A DNA stretch of 64,000 bases from an uncultured Bacilli bacterium (GTDB lineage: Bacteria; Bacillota_I; Bacilli_A; RF39; UBA660). The translations under genes were made by a program, and so were the position numbers. A model generated the notes under the pieces. The model made no database searches. It had not been told where the DNA came from and saw nothing but the letters and a program-made list of their open reading frames with translations. Positions 28,962 through 38,088 of this stretch are shown here, one piece after another. The stretch spans positions 95,809 through 159,808 of the forward strand of contig CANQCR010000001.1 of assembly GCA_947589735.1 (NCBI GenBank), given 5' to 3'. Each line of letters starts with the position of its first letter. The first letter of the stretch is position 1.

Positions 28962-29954
28962 GTGAAAAGAGCATTATGCGCATTAGCTGTATTTACAACT
29001 TTACTTGCAACAGCTTGTGGTAATCCTAAAATCAAAAATGGTGAAGAGATTGTCGCTCAGATCAATGGTAAAAAGTATACAGCCGATGAACTATACGAAG
29101 AATTAAAAGGGCAATATGGCTATAGTACAGTAATTAACTGGATTGATAAAGAAATAGCTGATAATGAAGTAGAAACGACTGAGGAAGCTGAACAATATGC
29201 TGAAGAAGGTCTTGAGTTCTATTCACAATATGCATCAATGTATGGAATGAGTCTTATCGATTTTGTTACATCTCAAGTTGGTATGACCGGTGTGTCTAAT
29301 GAAGAAGATGTTAAAAATGCCATTATTGATCAATATAAAATGAATCAAGCTATTGAAAATGTGGTTGCTGGCAAAGTATCAAAGAAAGAGGTTCAAGACT
29401 ATTATGATGAGAACTATAAAACTGTTTATACTTATCATGAAATCTTAATTTCTAACGACGATGACGCTGATGATAAAATTGATAGTATTAAAAAAGAATT
29501 AAAGAATAAAAGTGGTGATGAGTTAGTTGAGGCTTTCAAAGAACAAGCTAAGAAAAACTCTGTTGCCACTGACGCAGCTGATGGCGGACTTGTTTCTAAA
29601 GCTACCAAAAATAACGTTCCTGATAAAGTATGGAGCGAATTAAAAGATATGGATGATAATGAATACACAACGACGCCAATTGAGACTGATAGTGGTATTT
29701 ATTTCATCTTAAGAATATCTAAAGCTAAAGGTCAAGATCTTGAAAAAGTTGATGACGAAATTAGACATCTAATCGCTAATGATAAGTTAAATGCTGATGA
29801 GTTCTTACGTTATGACATCTTAACGGAATTACGTAACAAATATAAAATTGTTTTCATTGATAATGATATGAAAACTTCATATAATAATTTCTTAAATGAT
29901 ATTGATAACGCTAAAAAAGAAGCTAGTAATTCTAACTCAAATAGTGAAGAATAA
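28962..29954 (+). CDS. prsA: PrsA-like foldase lipoprotein
   Basis: Lipobox ATAC, ITxxELY-like YTADELYEELK, parvulin-like AKKNS..DGG..PIETDSG. Confidence 0.75.
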   Translation: MKRALCALAVFTTLLATACGNPKIKNGEEIVAQINGKKYTADELYEELKGQYGYSTVINWIDKEIADNEVETTEEAEQYAEEGLEFYSQYASMYGMSLIDFVTSQVGMTGVSNEEDVKNAIIDQYKMNQAIENVVAGKVSKKEVQDYYDENYKTVYTYHEILISNDDDADDKIDSIKKELKNKSGDELVEAFKEQAKKNSVATDAADGGLVSKATKNNVPDKVWSELKDMDDNEYTTTPIETDSGIYFILRISKAKGQDLEKVDDEIRHLIANDKLNADEFLRYDILTELRNKYKIVFIDNDMKTSYNNFLNDIDNAKKEASNSNSNSEE

Positions 29955-29961
29955 AGAGAGT

Positions 29962-30735
29962 TTAAAACTCTCTTTTTTGATTGACATAATTATTAATAGC
30001 GTTGATATCAAATCCTTTAGCATATAACTTTTGTTTAATTTTATTATATAAATCATTCCCTTGATGCTTATGTGATAACTTGGCATATAATTTATCATAT
30101 TCTAAAGCTAAAGTGTCCGTATCGGAAATATCAATATTATCTAAAATACTTAAGACTAAGTCCCGACTATATCCAAGATTAACCATATCTAAAACAATTT
30201 TTTGTTTTAATTGATAAGCTGATGTATGATGATTCCCCTTTACTTTTTTATTAATTAATTTTTCAGCATTTTCTTTAACAACGTCGTCATCAATCTTCGC
30301 TACTTCTTCTTCAATAATATCTTCCGCTATTTCTTCACTTCGAAGAGCGCTCTTAATCTTATCTGGCCCTTCATTTCTTAAATAAATAGCATCCGATATA
30401 TAAGCTCTAGCATAATTTTGGTTATTTAAAAGACCAATCTTTTGAAGATGCGCAATAATCTTTTCCTCATCTTGACGCTTTAAATCAAAGCGAGCTAGAT
30501 ATTCTTCCATTTCTCTAATACTACGATTGCGTCTTAAAAGATGATTTAAAGCTTTGTTATAGGCATCATAATATGCATTATCCTTCATAATTTGATCATA
30601 AACTTCGTCATCGATGTCTTTTTTATATAATAAATTATTTTTAAGTAAGACATCATCATAAGTCGTTATAACTTCATCATCAATTGTAATTTTATATTTG
30701 CCACTTTTAGTTTTTTTGATTTCATTTATATGCAT
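29962..30735 (-). CDS. recX: Regulatory protein RecX
   Basis: AL..L.RRNRSIREM, GLLNNQNYA, GPDKIK, KLYAKGF. Confidence 0.85.
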   Translation of the reverse strand: MHINEIKKTKSGKYKITIDDEVITTYDDVLLKNNLLYKKDIDDEVYDQIMKDNAYYDAYNKALNHLLRRNRSIREMEEYLARFDLKRQDEEKIIAHLQKIGLLNNQNYARAYISDAIYLRNEGPDKIKSALRSEEIAEDIIEEEVAKIDDDVVKENAEKLINKKVKGNHHTSAYQLKQKIVLDMVNLGYSRDLVLSILDNIDISDTDTLALEYDKLYAKLSHKHQGNDLYNKIKQKLYAKGFDINAINNYVNQKREF

Positions 30736-30796
30736 ACTATCACCATCTTCATTATATCAAACATTAGTTTGCTTATCAAGATAAAAAAAGAAGAGA

Positions 30797-32833
30797 TTAC
30801 TTCTCTTCTTCATTCATTAACTCTTTGTTTGTCCGCATATCAAGTGTTGCTTCATTAATCGCATCATCAATTGTCTTAATCGCATCACTTATAATACTAT
30901 AACCAATAGCCGCCCCAAAGCCATGACTCAAATTTTTAAACTCACGGTTTAACTTGCGGATGTAACTAACAGCTTGTTTTTCATCATATTCAACCATATA
31001 GATTAAGAACTCATTACCATCAGTTCTAATAATTTCGGTATTCGCCATCTGCGTTTGGATTAAAATATTAGCGGCTTCCGTAATAACTTTATCCCCTTCC
31101 TCACGGCCAAAGGAATCATTGATGTAAGCAATATTGTTTAGATCTACAACAACGATAATCTGTGGATAAATCTCCGAATCATCCCATTTTTCAACATTAT
31201 CATTCAAATAGGTTCGGTTCTTTAAAGAAGTTAAGCTATCGATATATTTTAATTTTTCATCCTTACTTAAAGCTTTCTTCTTATGCTTAAAGATATATTT
31301 AAAGAACTTTTTAATACGGCCAAAGCATTGAACAATAATAATTAAAGATAAAATGATAACAGCAATAAATAAAAATACATTTAAGCCCTCATATTCATAG
31401 GCATTCGCATAACCCATATCAATGACATCATTAGGATTGATATATTCTAAGTAGAAATTAAATAAATCCATAAAAGTCTTATTATCTTTATTAACAACAA
31501 ATCCATAATTTAAAACGTCATCAGCAATATATGCGATGTGGAAATTATTTAACTTCCTTGTTTTATAATATTCATAACTGCCTAATTCCATAGCGATAAT
31601 TTTATTTTTACCAAGCTTACCTTTATCAAATAAATCTTGATAATTATCATAACTTTTAACTTTTAATTTATTATCTAGTAACCATTTTTCAATCTTGCTA
31701 TCCTTAATAGTTAAAATTTCTTTATCCTTTAAAGAATTAAGATTATTAATCGTTAAATGACCACTATTATGTGTTAAAAAGACAAGTGTCATCTGAATTG
31801 GTTTAACCGTTACAGAATCATCATCATGGAAAGATGTACTATCAAAGTAAAAATCAATTTTCTTATCTTTTAAAGCTTCCTCTAGATCACTTAAACTATG
31901 ATAAAAAGAAGCATACTCCATATCGATATTAGCAAATAAAGCAAAATCTTTAATAATAAAATAATTTGTACCTGTTAAAACGCGATGTGACGTATTATCA
32001 TATATACCCATATTAGTATAACCATAGCGATATATTTTAGCATTCAAATTACTTAATTCTTTTTCTGATATATTTAAAGCTTTGACATAAGCCGATAATA
32101 AATTAGCATAATATGCTTGTGGTATTTTTTCCCGGTTAAACTTATGATACTCCTTAGTGATAATGCTTTTTAATTCCTTATCGCCTTTAAGACGAAGAGC
32201 ATAATATATTTTCATATCATACATCTGGTATGAAAAATGATACTTATTCGTTAAAACATCGTTTAAATAAATAGATTTTAAACCGATAAAGGCATCAATG
32301 ACACCTGTATTCATAGCTTCTAACATAGATGCCTTATCTTCAAACTTAACATAAGTTAAGCCATCAGTTCCAAGGCTTGCAATAATATCTTCGGCATCAT
32401 CAGGTAGATAACCAATTTTTAAATTTTCTAAGTCCAAAACTGATGAATAAATCGTATTATCTTTCGTAATAACAGCATAATTATCTTCTAAGATGAGGGT
32501 ATCATCATCAGTAAGTTTATCGGTTAAAACAATCCCGTAATCACCAGTATAATCACTATCTATTGTATAGGCGATAGGATTGACTGTAAGACCGGTATTA
32601 TCTTTAAAATAATCGATGAAATCAAAGAATAATCCTTCGCCCGCTAAAGTTAAAGAAGCTATATCGCTTGGCATATATAAATCGATATTCATCTTTTTGT
32701 TTTCATTTAAATATTTTTGTTCTGATGGTGTATAGGCGTATTCATCTTTGGAATTAGAAAAATAATAAACTGACCCACCTATTAGCGATGCTAATAAAAT
32801 AACACCAATAATTATTAATATTCTTCTTTTCAT
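30797..32833 (-). CDS. Membrane sensor with tandem extracellular solute-binding-like domains and a degenerate GGDEF domain
   Basis: Two TM segments; two PBP-like repeats (DLENLKIGY, SLKDKEIL); DSLTSLKNR, INDSFG..GD, RTDGNEF. Confidence 0.75.
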   Translation of the reverse strand: MKRRILIIIGVILLASLIGGSVYYFSNSKDEYAYTPSEQKYLNENKKMNIDLYMPSDIASLTLAGEGLFFDFIDYFKDNTGLTVNPIAYTIDSDYTGDYGIVLTDKLTDDDTLILEDNYAVITKDNTIYSSVLDLENLKIGYLPDDAEDIIASLGTDGLTYVKFEDKASMLEAMNTGVIDAFIGLKSIYLNDVLTNKYHFSYQMYDMKIYYALRLKGDKELKSIITKEYHKFNREKIPQAYYANLLSAYVKALNISEKELSNLNAKIYRYGYTNMGIYDNTSHRVLTGTNYFIIKDFALFANIDMEYASFYHSLSDLEEALKDKKIDFYFDSTSFHDDDSVTVKPIQMTLVFLTHNSGHLTINNLNSLKDKEILTIKDSKIEKWLLDNKLKVKSYDNYQDLFDKGKLGKNKIIAMELGSYEYYKTRKLNNFHIAYIADDVLNYGFVVNKDNKTFMDLFNFYLEYINPNDVIDMGYANAYEYEGLNVFLFIAVIILSLIIIVQCFGRIKKFFKYIFKHKKKALSKDEKLKYIDSLTSLKNRTYLNDNVEKWDDSEIYPQIIVVVDLNNIAYINDSFGREEGDKVITEAANILIQTQMANTEIIRTDGNEFLIYMVEYDEKQAVSYIRKLNREFKNLSHGFGAAIGYSIISDAIKTIDDAINEATLDMRTNKELMNEEEK

Positions 32834-32844
32834 ATAACTCCTAA

Positions 32845-33327
32845 CTACCAAACAAAGTCATCATTACTAACGCCATCAATTTCCTTATGATGGGTTCCAA
32901 TTTGTGGATAATTTTCGCTTTCTTCATGATCAGATTTAATCATTAACTGAAGATCATAATATTTCTTTTCTTCATCGGTAAAAACGCCAAGAATCTCTTT
33001 GCCCATTTTCTTAACATCATTAAAATTAGTACCATCAGCGACTTCAATAATAATGTCAACTAAGTTACATTTAACTTCAAAAGTTTTAAACTTATAACCT
33101 TCATAATTTTTAACAATATCTTTAATGGTATCTTCACGGTTAGATTCAATTGGATGATTAACCGTTATCTCACATCGATCCCCATAAACACTTTCCTTAG
33201 TGTTAGGTATTAAATAACTAATAATACGATATGAAAATATAATAAACGCTATTAAAATAACAAGGATTATACCTAAGATAATACATTTCTTTTTATGTTT
33301 TTTAAAAAAACTTTTCACTTTATCCAT
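32845..33327 (-). CDS. Hypothetical membrane-anchored exported protein
   Basis: Basic N-terminus plus TM; GAGGTG RBS; likely co-transcribed with the GGDEF gene. Confidence 0.6.
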   Translation of the reverse strand: MDKVKSFFKKHKKKCIILGIILVILIAFIIFSYRIISYLIPNTKESVYGDRCEITVNHPIESNREDTIKDIVKNYEGYKFKTFEVKCNLVDIIIEVADGTNFNDVKKMGKEILGVFTDEEKKYYDLQLMIKSDHEESENYPQIGTHHKEIDGVSNDDFVW

Positions 33328-33361
33328 AAAAGCACCTCACTAACATTATACAATATTTTGG

Positions 33362-34399
33362 TTAGTAAATAAATATATCAGTTGATGTTTCTCCCTCTTC
33401 CTTTACAATATAGGCTTTCACTTCATTAATAGCTTTTACTTCGGTAACCACTTTAATATCCTTAAAATAATTAGCCATATTTTCACTTAAAAACTGACTA
33501 ATATATAAAAGTTCACCATAACTATAATAGCTTTTAGTAATTGTAATATCTAATTTAGATAAGTGATTACCACTATAATATCCTAGTCCTGATACATACA
33601 TTGTTTTATCATAGCTATACATTTTATTTGTAAAGTTTTTAAAACTATTATAATTTTTAGAATCTAATTTTTTAACACTTTCGTTATTCATATAATAATT
33701 TTTTTGATCTAAGTATTCAAATGTTAAATCATTATTACTAGTAACACCATAATATAAGTAGTTACCACTCGTATTAGATTCAGGACTAGCTTCCACATAT
33801 AAAGCTACCATAATAGGAATATTATCTAAAGAAAAGTTCTCCCTTAAATATTTAACTAATTCCCCAGCTTTAGCCTTACCGATATCTATAACTTTATTTT
33901 GATTTATCGTAACGTAATTACCACTACTACCATATCCTTGATAAGGATTTAGAATTAAACCTAAGCTAATTCCCTTAATCTTACCTTCATTATCTAAGAA
34001 GTTTTTTTCATAAATACCTACAACGACTGTCGGTTTAATCTTTTTCCCACTAATCGTCATATCCGCGATGTTATTTAAATTATCCCGATTAAGAAGTGTC
34101 CGTAAACGTGTTTCAGATAAATATTGGCCCTCTTGATAATAATTTTCATCAACCGGAAAAACATTAGAAGAGATTTGAATTAAGTCTTTTTCAACTTTAT
34201 TAATGTCATAATCAACAACATTACTACTAACCACGTAATTATTGCCAACCCCTTTTTTATATGGCATATAAATTGTATAGTAGTCATCATTATACCTAAA
34301 AGAATAAGTATTGTCTGATGGCTCTTCTACTTCTTTTTTAGAGCAACCAACTATGGCAATAATTGATAGTAACAAAAATAATATTTTTCTTTTCTTCAT
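33362..34399 (-). CDS. CamS-family (pheromone precursor) lipoprotein
   Basis: Lipobox IVGC, YYQEGQYL, IYEKNF, GISLGLILN, IPIMVALY. Confidence 0.8.
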   Translation of the reverse strand: MKKRKILFLLLSIIAIVGCSKKEVEEPSDNTYSFRYNDDYYTIYMPYKKGVGNNYVVSSNVVDYDINKVEKDLIQISSNVFPVDENYYQEGQYLSETRLRTLLNRDNLNNIADMTISGKKIKPTVVVGIYEKNFLDNEGKIKGISLGLILNPYQGYGSSGNYVTINQNKVIDIGKAKAGELVKYLRENFSLDNIPIMVALYVEASPESNTSGNYLYYGVTSNNDLTFEYLDQKNYYMNNESVKKLDSKNYNSFKNFTNKMYSYDKTMYVSGLGYYSGNHLSKLDITITKSYYSYGELLYISQFLSENMANYFKDIKVVTEVKAINEVKAYIVKEEGETSTDIFIY

Positions 34400-34435
34400 A
34401 CATCAACAAAAAGGAAGCTTACACTTCCCCTTTAT

Positions 34436-34876
34436 TTACCCTTCACTAACTTCTTTAGCCTTTTCTTCTTTTTCTAGGCGATTAAGAACATCTCTTGTTA
34501 CCATAGCTGCTTTTTCTTTGATAGTCGCTACTGTATTTTCCATAACTGGTGTACCTTTACTAACGACATACTTCATCAATTCATCTGCCTTATCATTAAC
34601 TAATTTAGCTTTTTCTTTCGCATATTTTAAAACTTTTTCTTTATCTAAATCAGCTAATGCTTCTTTTATTTCTTCAACTTTATCTTCGATGTATTTTTTT
34701 ACATCATCAGCTTTTAAATTCTTAGCTTTCTCTAATAATTCATCAAACTTAGCTTTTAATTCAGCTCTTGTTTCTTCACCAGATTTAGGAGCGAATAAAA
34801 CTCCTAATCCGGCACCGATAGCCGCACCGGCTATAAAGGCACCAACTCTTTTTCCTTTTCCTTCACTTTTACTCAT
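34436..34876 (-). CDS. YtxH-domain protein
   Basis: FIAGAAIGAGLGVLFAPKSGEETR. Confidence 0.85.
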   Translation of the reverse strand: MSKSEGKGKRVGAFIAGAAIGAGLGVLFAPKSGEETRAELKAKFDELLEKAKNLKADDVKKYIEDKVEEIKEALADLDKEKVLKYAKEKAKLVNDKADELMKYVVSKGTPVMENTVATIKEKAAMVTRDVLNRLEKEEKAKEVSEG

Positions 34877-35153
34877 CGTCTTCGTTACCTCTCTTTCTTC
34901 TAAATACAAAATTAATAGCGTTACTTATACTACTAATAACTTTATCACTGATACTGGATGCATAATCGGTTGTTCGATCGATAATATCAAACAAACCATC
35001 AACCTTAATCATCTTTCTATTAACATCATCTAAAATTATGTCGACGCGATTCAAAGTCTTAATTAATCTTATGATTAACACAATTAAGAATATTACTAAT
35101 ATAATTAATGAAATGTAAAGCAAAATTGGTAATAATTGTTCTAAATCAATCAC
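34869..35153 (-). CDS. DUF948/YtxG-like membrane protein
   Basis: N-terminal TM plus KTL.RVD..LDDV coiled coil; immediately upstream of the YtxH gene. Confidence 0.7.
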   Translation of the reverse strand: MIDLEQLLPILLYISLIILVIFLIVLIIRLIKTLNRVDIILDDVNRKMIKVDGLFDIIDRTTDYASSISDKVISSISNAINFVFRRKRGNEDDE

Positions 35154-36109
35154 TCTTCTTTCCCCTCCTCATACATTGAATCAATTAAGTTAAATAATTC
35201 ATTTTCGGTTAAAGGTTCGTCATCAGTTTCCTCTTTTTGATGCTTACGTTCAACTTTTTCTTTCTTAGCATTAAAAGATTCCTTTTTCAAAAGTAAATTA
35301 TCTAATTCTTTAGTTAAATCCATTGTTATTTCTTCTAACTCACGAATATTTTTTTCTTGTTCGTTAACCGTCTTTGTAAGTTCTGCTGTATCCTCTAAGC
35401 CAACAGGATGACCTTGTTCTTGTTCTAATTCATCGAACAAATCAACTTCTTCTTTAGCTTCATGGCGCATTTCTGGTTCACCTTCGTCATACATCGTTTC
35501 TTCAAGTTCATTTTCAAGCGTACCATAAGCTTTACTACGAACTTCATCAAAACGATCTTGAACCATACCATCGCTAACGACGGTTGGTTGAACATCTTTC
35601 CTTTCAACGATATCGTCTTTAGAATAGTTTTTATCTAGGATACCATAAATTGGCGAAATAATTGGCGTTGGTTTAAACGTTGATTTTTCTTTCGTTAAAA
35701 GAGTGGGACTTGTATAAGTGCCTGTATAGTGTCCACTATATGGAGCTTTCTTTTCTTCTCTTTTAGGTTGAGGAGGAACTTCTACACGTTCTTCTGTGGG
35801 TTTGACACTGCGGCGTGGACGTTCCGGTTCTAAGTCAGCGAAATCTTTTTCTGTAAAGAAGACTGGTGACTTTAATTCTTCCTCTTTAGGTTCCTCTTTT
35901 GGCTTTTTCGAAGACAAGTCTTCAAACTCGGCTGTAACGTCTTCATAGCGATCTTGTTTTTCTTCTACTTCCACTTTCTCACGACGTCGTTCAGCAGGTT
36001 TTTCCTTTGGTTCGTGTTTTATTTGTTCAACCCTAACTTCTTCTTCTATTTCTTCTTCATCATCAGCTGGTTCTGTAAAAATCTCTTTAAATTTATCAAG
36101 TAATCCCAT
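35150..36109 (-). CDS. Acidic protein resembling the SftA N-terminal region, without a motor domain
   Basis: MGLLDKFKEIF amphipathic start, FKPTPIISPIYG motif, synteny with ytxG/ytxH. Confidence 0.5.
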   Translation of the reverse strand: MGLLDKFKEIFTEPADDEEEIEEEVRVEQIKHEPKEKPAERRREKVEVEEKQDRYEDVTAEFEDLSSKKPKEEPKEEELKSPVFFTEKDFADLEPERPRRSVKPTEERVEVPPQPKREEKKAPYSGHYTGTYTSPTLLTKEKSTFKPTPIISPIYGILDKNYSKDDIVERKDVQPTVVSDGMVQDRFDEVRSKAYGTLENELEETMYDEGEPEMRHEAKEEVDLFDELEQEQGHPVGLEDTAELTKTVNEQEKNIRELEEITMDLTKELDNLLLKKESFNAKKEKVERKHQKEETDDEPLTENELFNLIDSMYEEGKEE

Positions 36110-36131
36110 AATTCACCATTCCTTTTTGCAA

Positions 36132-36731
36132 CTAATCAAATACCTCTATTCCAGCATTATTGGTATCTTTTTTGTTTTTAAACTTGTCATATTTTTCTTC
36201 ACGATTATTTAGTTTCGCATCTTCAATCGTCAGTTTTATGACATCGGGGTTAAATTGAATCGTTGATAAGATATAAGCTGCATTCAAAACCGCATCATTA
36301 ATATCTTCTTTTGGTACAACCGATTCAATATGAGCGTAGTTATAGACAAAATTAATATAATATAAATCATCCTTAGTTGTTATTTCAAGATAGCCCTCAT
36401 ATTTAAAATCATCCGATAACTTCCTAGAGTAATAAAGATTAGGGTCCTCTTCATATTCAATAGGTATTTTATTATAATAACTAACCGTGTCAACGTATAA
36501 ATAATAATTATTGCCATCAGAATACAATTTATCATTTAATTCGTCGGTATCGATATAAGTAACCCCCCGTGGAACATAATATTTATATCCTCTTCCAACA
36601 CGGTTATAAAGATTATTATCTTTAGATAAGATAACATCAACAATGACATCAATGCTACTTGTGTCAATCCTAACTACACTACATCCTGCCATAAGCATAA
36701 CGATTAGGAAACATAGTACCATCTTTTTCAT
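36132..36731 (-). CDS. Hypothetical lipoprotein
   Basis: Lipobox MAGC; GAGGT RBS. Confidence 0.65.
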   Translation of the reverse strand: MKKMVLCFLIVMLMAGCSVVRIDTSSIDVIVDVILSKDNNLYNRVGRGYKYYVPRGVTYIDTDELNDKLYSDGNNYYLYVDTVSYYNKIPIEYEEDPNLYYSRKLSDDFKYEGYLEITTKDDLYYINFVYNYAHIESVVPKEDINDAVLNAAYILSTIQFNPDVIKLTIEDAKLNNREEKYDKFKNKKDTNNAGIEVFD

Positions 36732-36796
36732 ATCTACCTCACAATCACATTATACCAAAAAATAGGAATTATTTCTATTATTTTAGTAAATATCCA

Positions 36797-37435
36797 TTAT
36801 TTTACGCTTTTATAGACAGTTACTTTATAAATAGGGTTTCCTAAAGCGTGAAACTTTTCTTCATATTCGGTGGCAATATTATCTGTCACATCATCAGCAT
36901 AAAGATCTAGTGATAAAAAAGATATATGGTAGCCATAATCCGTAAAAGACTTAAGTGAATAAGTAAATAAGTCCCGGTTATCGGTTTTAAACTCAATTAC
37001 TTTATCATCTTTAAAAAGTTGATCATAACGACGTAAAAACTTCTCACTTGTAAGGCGCCTGCTGGTATGCCGTTCTTTAGGCCAAGGATCAGAAAAATTA
37101 AGATAGATTTTACTAATCTCATGATCAAAGACTTTTTCAATATCACAGGCATCCATTCGAATCAAACGTAAATTAGGTATATCTTCATCATCAAGTTTTT
37201 CTAATGCTCTTACGATAACACTATCAAACTTTTCAATGCCAATATAATTAATATTGGGGTGGGCAAGCGCCATCTTTTTAATAAACTTCCCCTTCCCAGT
37301 TCCAATTTCAATATGGATAGGTTGGTGGGTAGGAAACACTTCATTAAAATGCCCCCGATATCGTTCATAATCTAAAATTATATATTTAGAAGATGCGATT
37401 TTTTCTTTCGCACCTTTAACGTTTCGAAGTCGCAT
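36797..37435 (-). CDS. trmB: tRNA (guanine-N7)-methyltransferase
   Basis: MRLRN, IEIGTGKG, LNFSDPWPK..H..RRLT, FKTDN, TEYEEKF. Confidence 0.95.
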   Translation of the reverse strand: MRLRNVKGAKEKIASSKYIILDYERYRGHFNEVFPTHQPIHIEIGTGKGKFIKKMALAHPNINYIGIEKFDSVIVRALEKLDDEDIPNLRLIRMDACDIEKVFDHEISKIYLNFSDPWPKERHTSRRLTSEKFLRRYDQLFKDDKVIEFKTDNRDLFTYSLKSFTDYGYHISFLSLDLYADDVTDNIATEYEEKFHALGNPIYKVTVYKSVK

Positions 37436-37532
37436 TTTATCACCAATTTCATTATACCATAATGATTTAATTATGAACAAGTGTCAACAATTTAGACGAT
37501 TATCATATAATGAAATAGACTAAGGAGGTTTT

Positions 37533-37817
37533 ATGAAGAAAGATCGCAATTGTGGTGGGATGTATCAAGGATACGCTAATGCCATCCCCGTTATGGGAAG
37601 TCCGGTGATGATGCCACCTATAGGAAATGCCTATATGCCAAATCAAGTACCTTATCAAGGACAACAAACCTACACCCAACCATATAACAGTATTGAAAAA
37701 GAATTAAATGACATTCATGAACAAATTAATAGTCTTTCTAATCGAGTTAGTAAATTAGAAAGCAAAGGAGCAACCTATAACACAAAATATAGTGATTCCA
37801 ATTATTATATGTTATAA
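37533..37817 (+). CDS. Hypothetical P/M/Q/Y-rich small protein, possibly spore-coat associated
   Basis: TAAGGAGG RBS, low-complexity N-terminus plus coiled coil, CATATAAT -10; upstream of sspI. Confidence 0.55.
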   Translation: MKKDRNCGGMYQGYANAIPVMGSPVMMPPIGNAYMPNQVPYQGQQTYTQPYNSIEKELNDIHEQINSLSNRVSKLESKGATYNTKYSDSNYYML

Positions 37818-37840
37818 AATATCGTAATTTTTCCATACTA
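37811..37840 (+). promoter_or_regulatory. SigG-type forespore promoter for sspI
   Basis: GTTATA-17-CATACTA. Confidence 0.6.
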
Positions 37841-37858
37841 TTTCTAGGAGATGATGAA

Positions 37859-38062
37859 ATGAACATAAGCATTAGACAGAGTATTAAAGAAAACTTTAAA
37901 GATAGTAGTGAAGATGATATCAAAGAAGCTATTGAATCTTCCAAAAGTGATCAAGAAGAATTAACCCTACCCGGATTAGGGGTCTTCTTTGAAATACTAT
38001 GGAATAATAGTAGTTTAGATGAACAAAGGAAAATTGTGGATACAATAAAAAAGAACATTTAG
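37859..38062 (+). CDS. sspI: Small acid-soluble spore protein SspI
   Basis: IRQSI..N, EELTLPGLGVFFEILW signature. Confidence 0.88.
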   Translation: MNISIRQSIKENFKDSSEDDIKEAIESSKSDQEELTLPGLGVFFEILWNNSSLDEQRKIVDTIKKNI

Positions 38063-38088
38063 TTCTTTTTTGATGAAAGAATCAAGTC

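Noticed and set aside
34311-35033. 240-aa plus-strand ORF
   Set aside because: Antisense shadow of the ytxH/ytxG genes; S/L/F-rich composition mirrors their K/E codons; no RBS.
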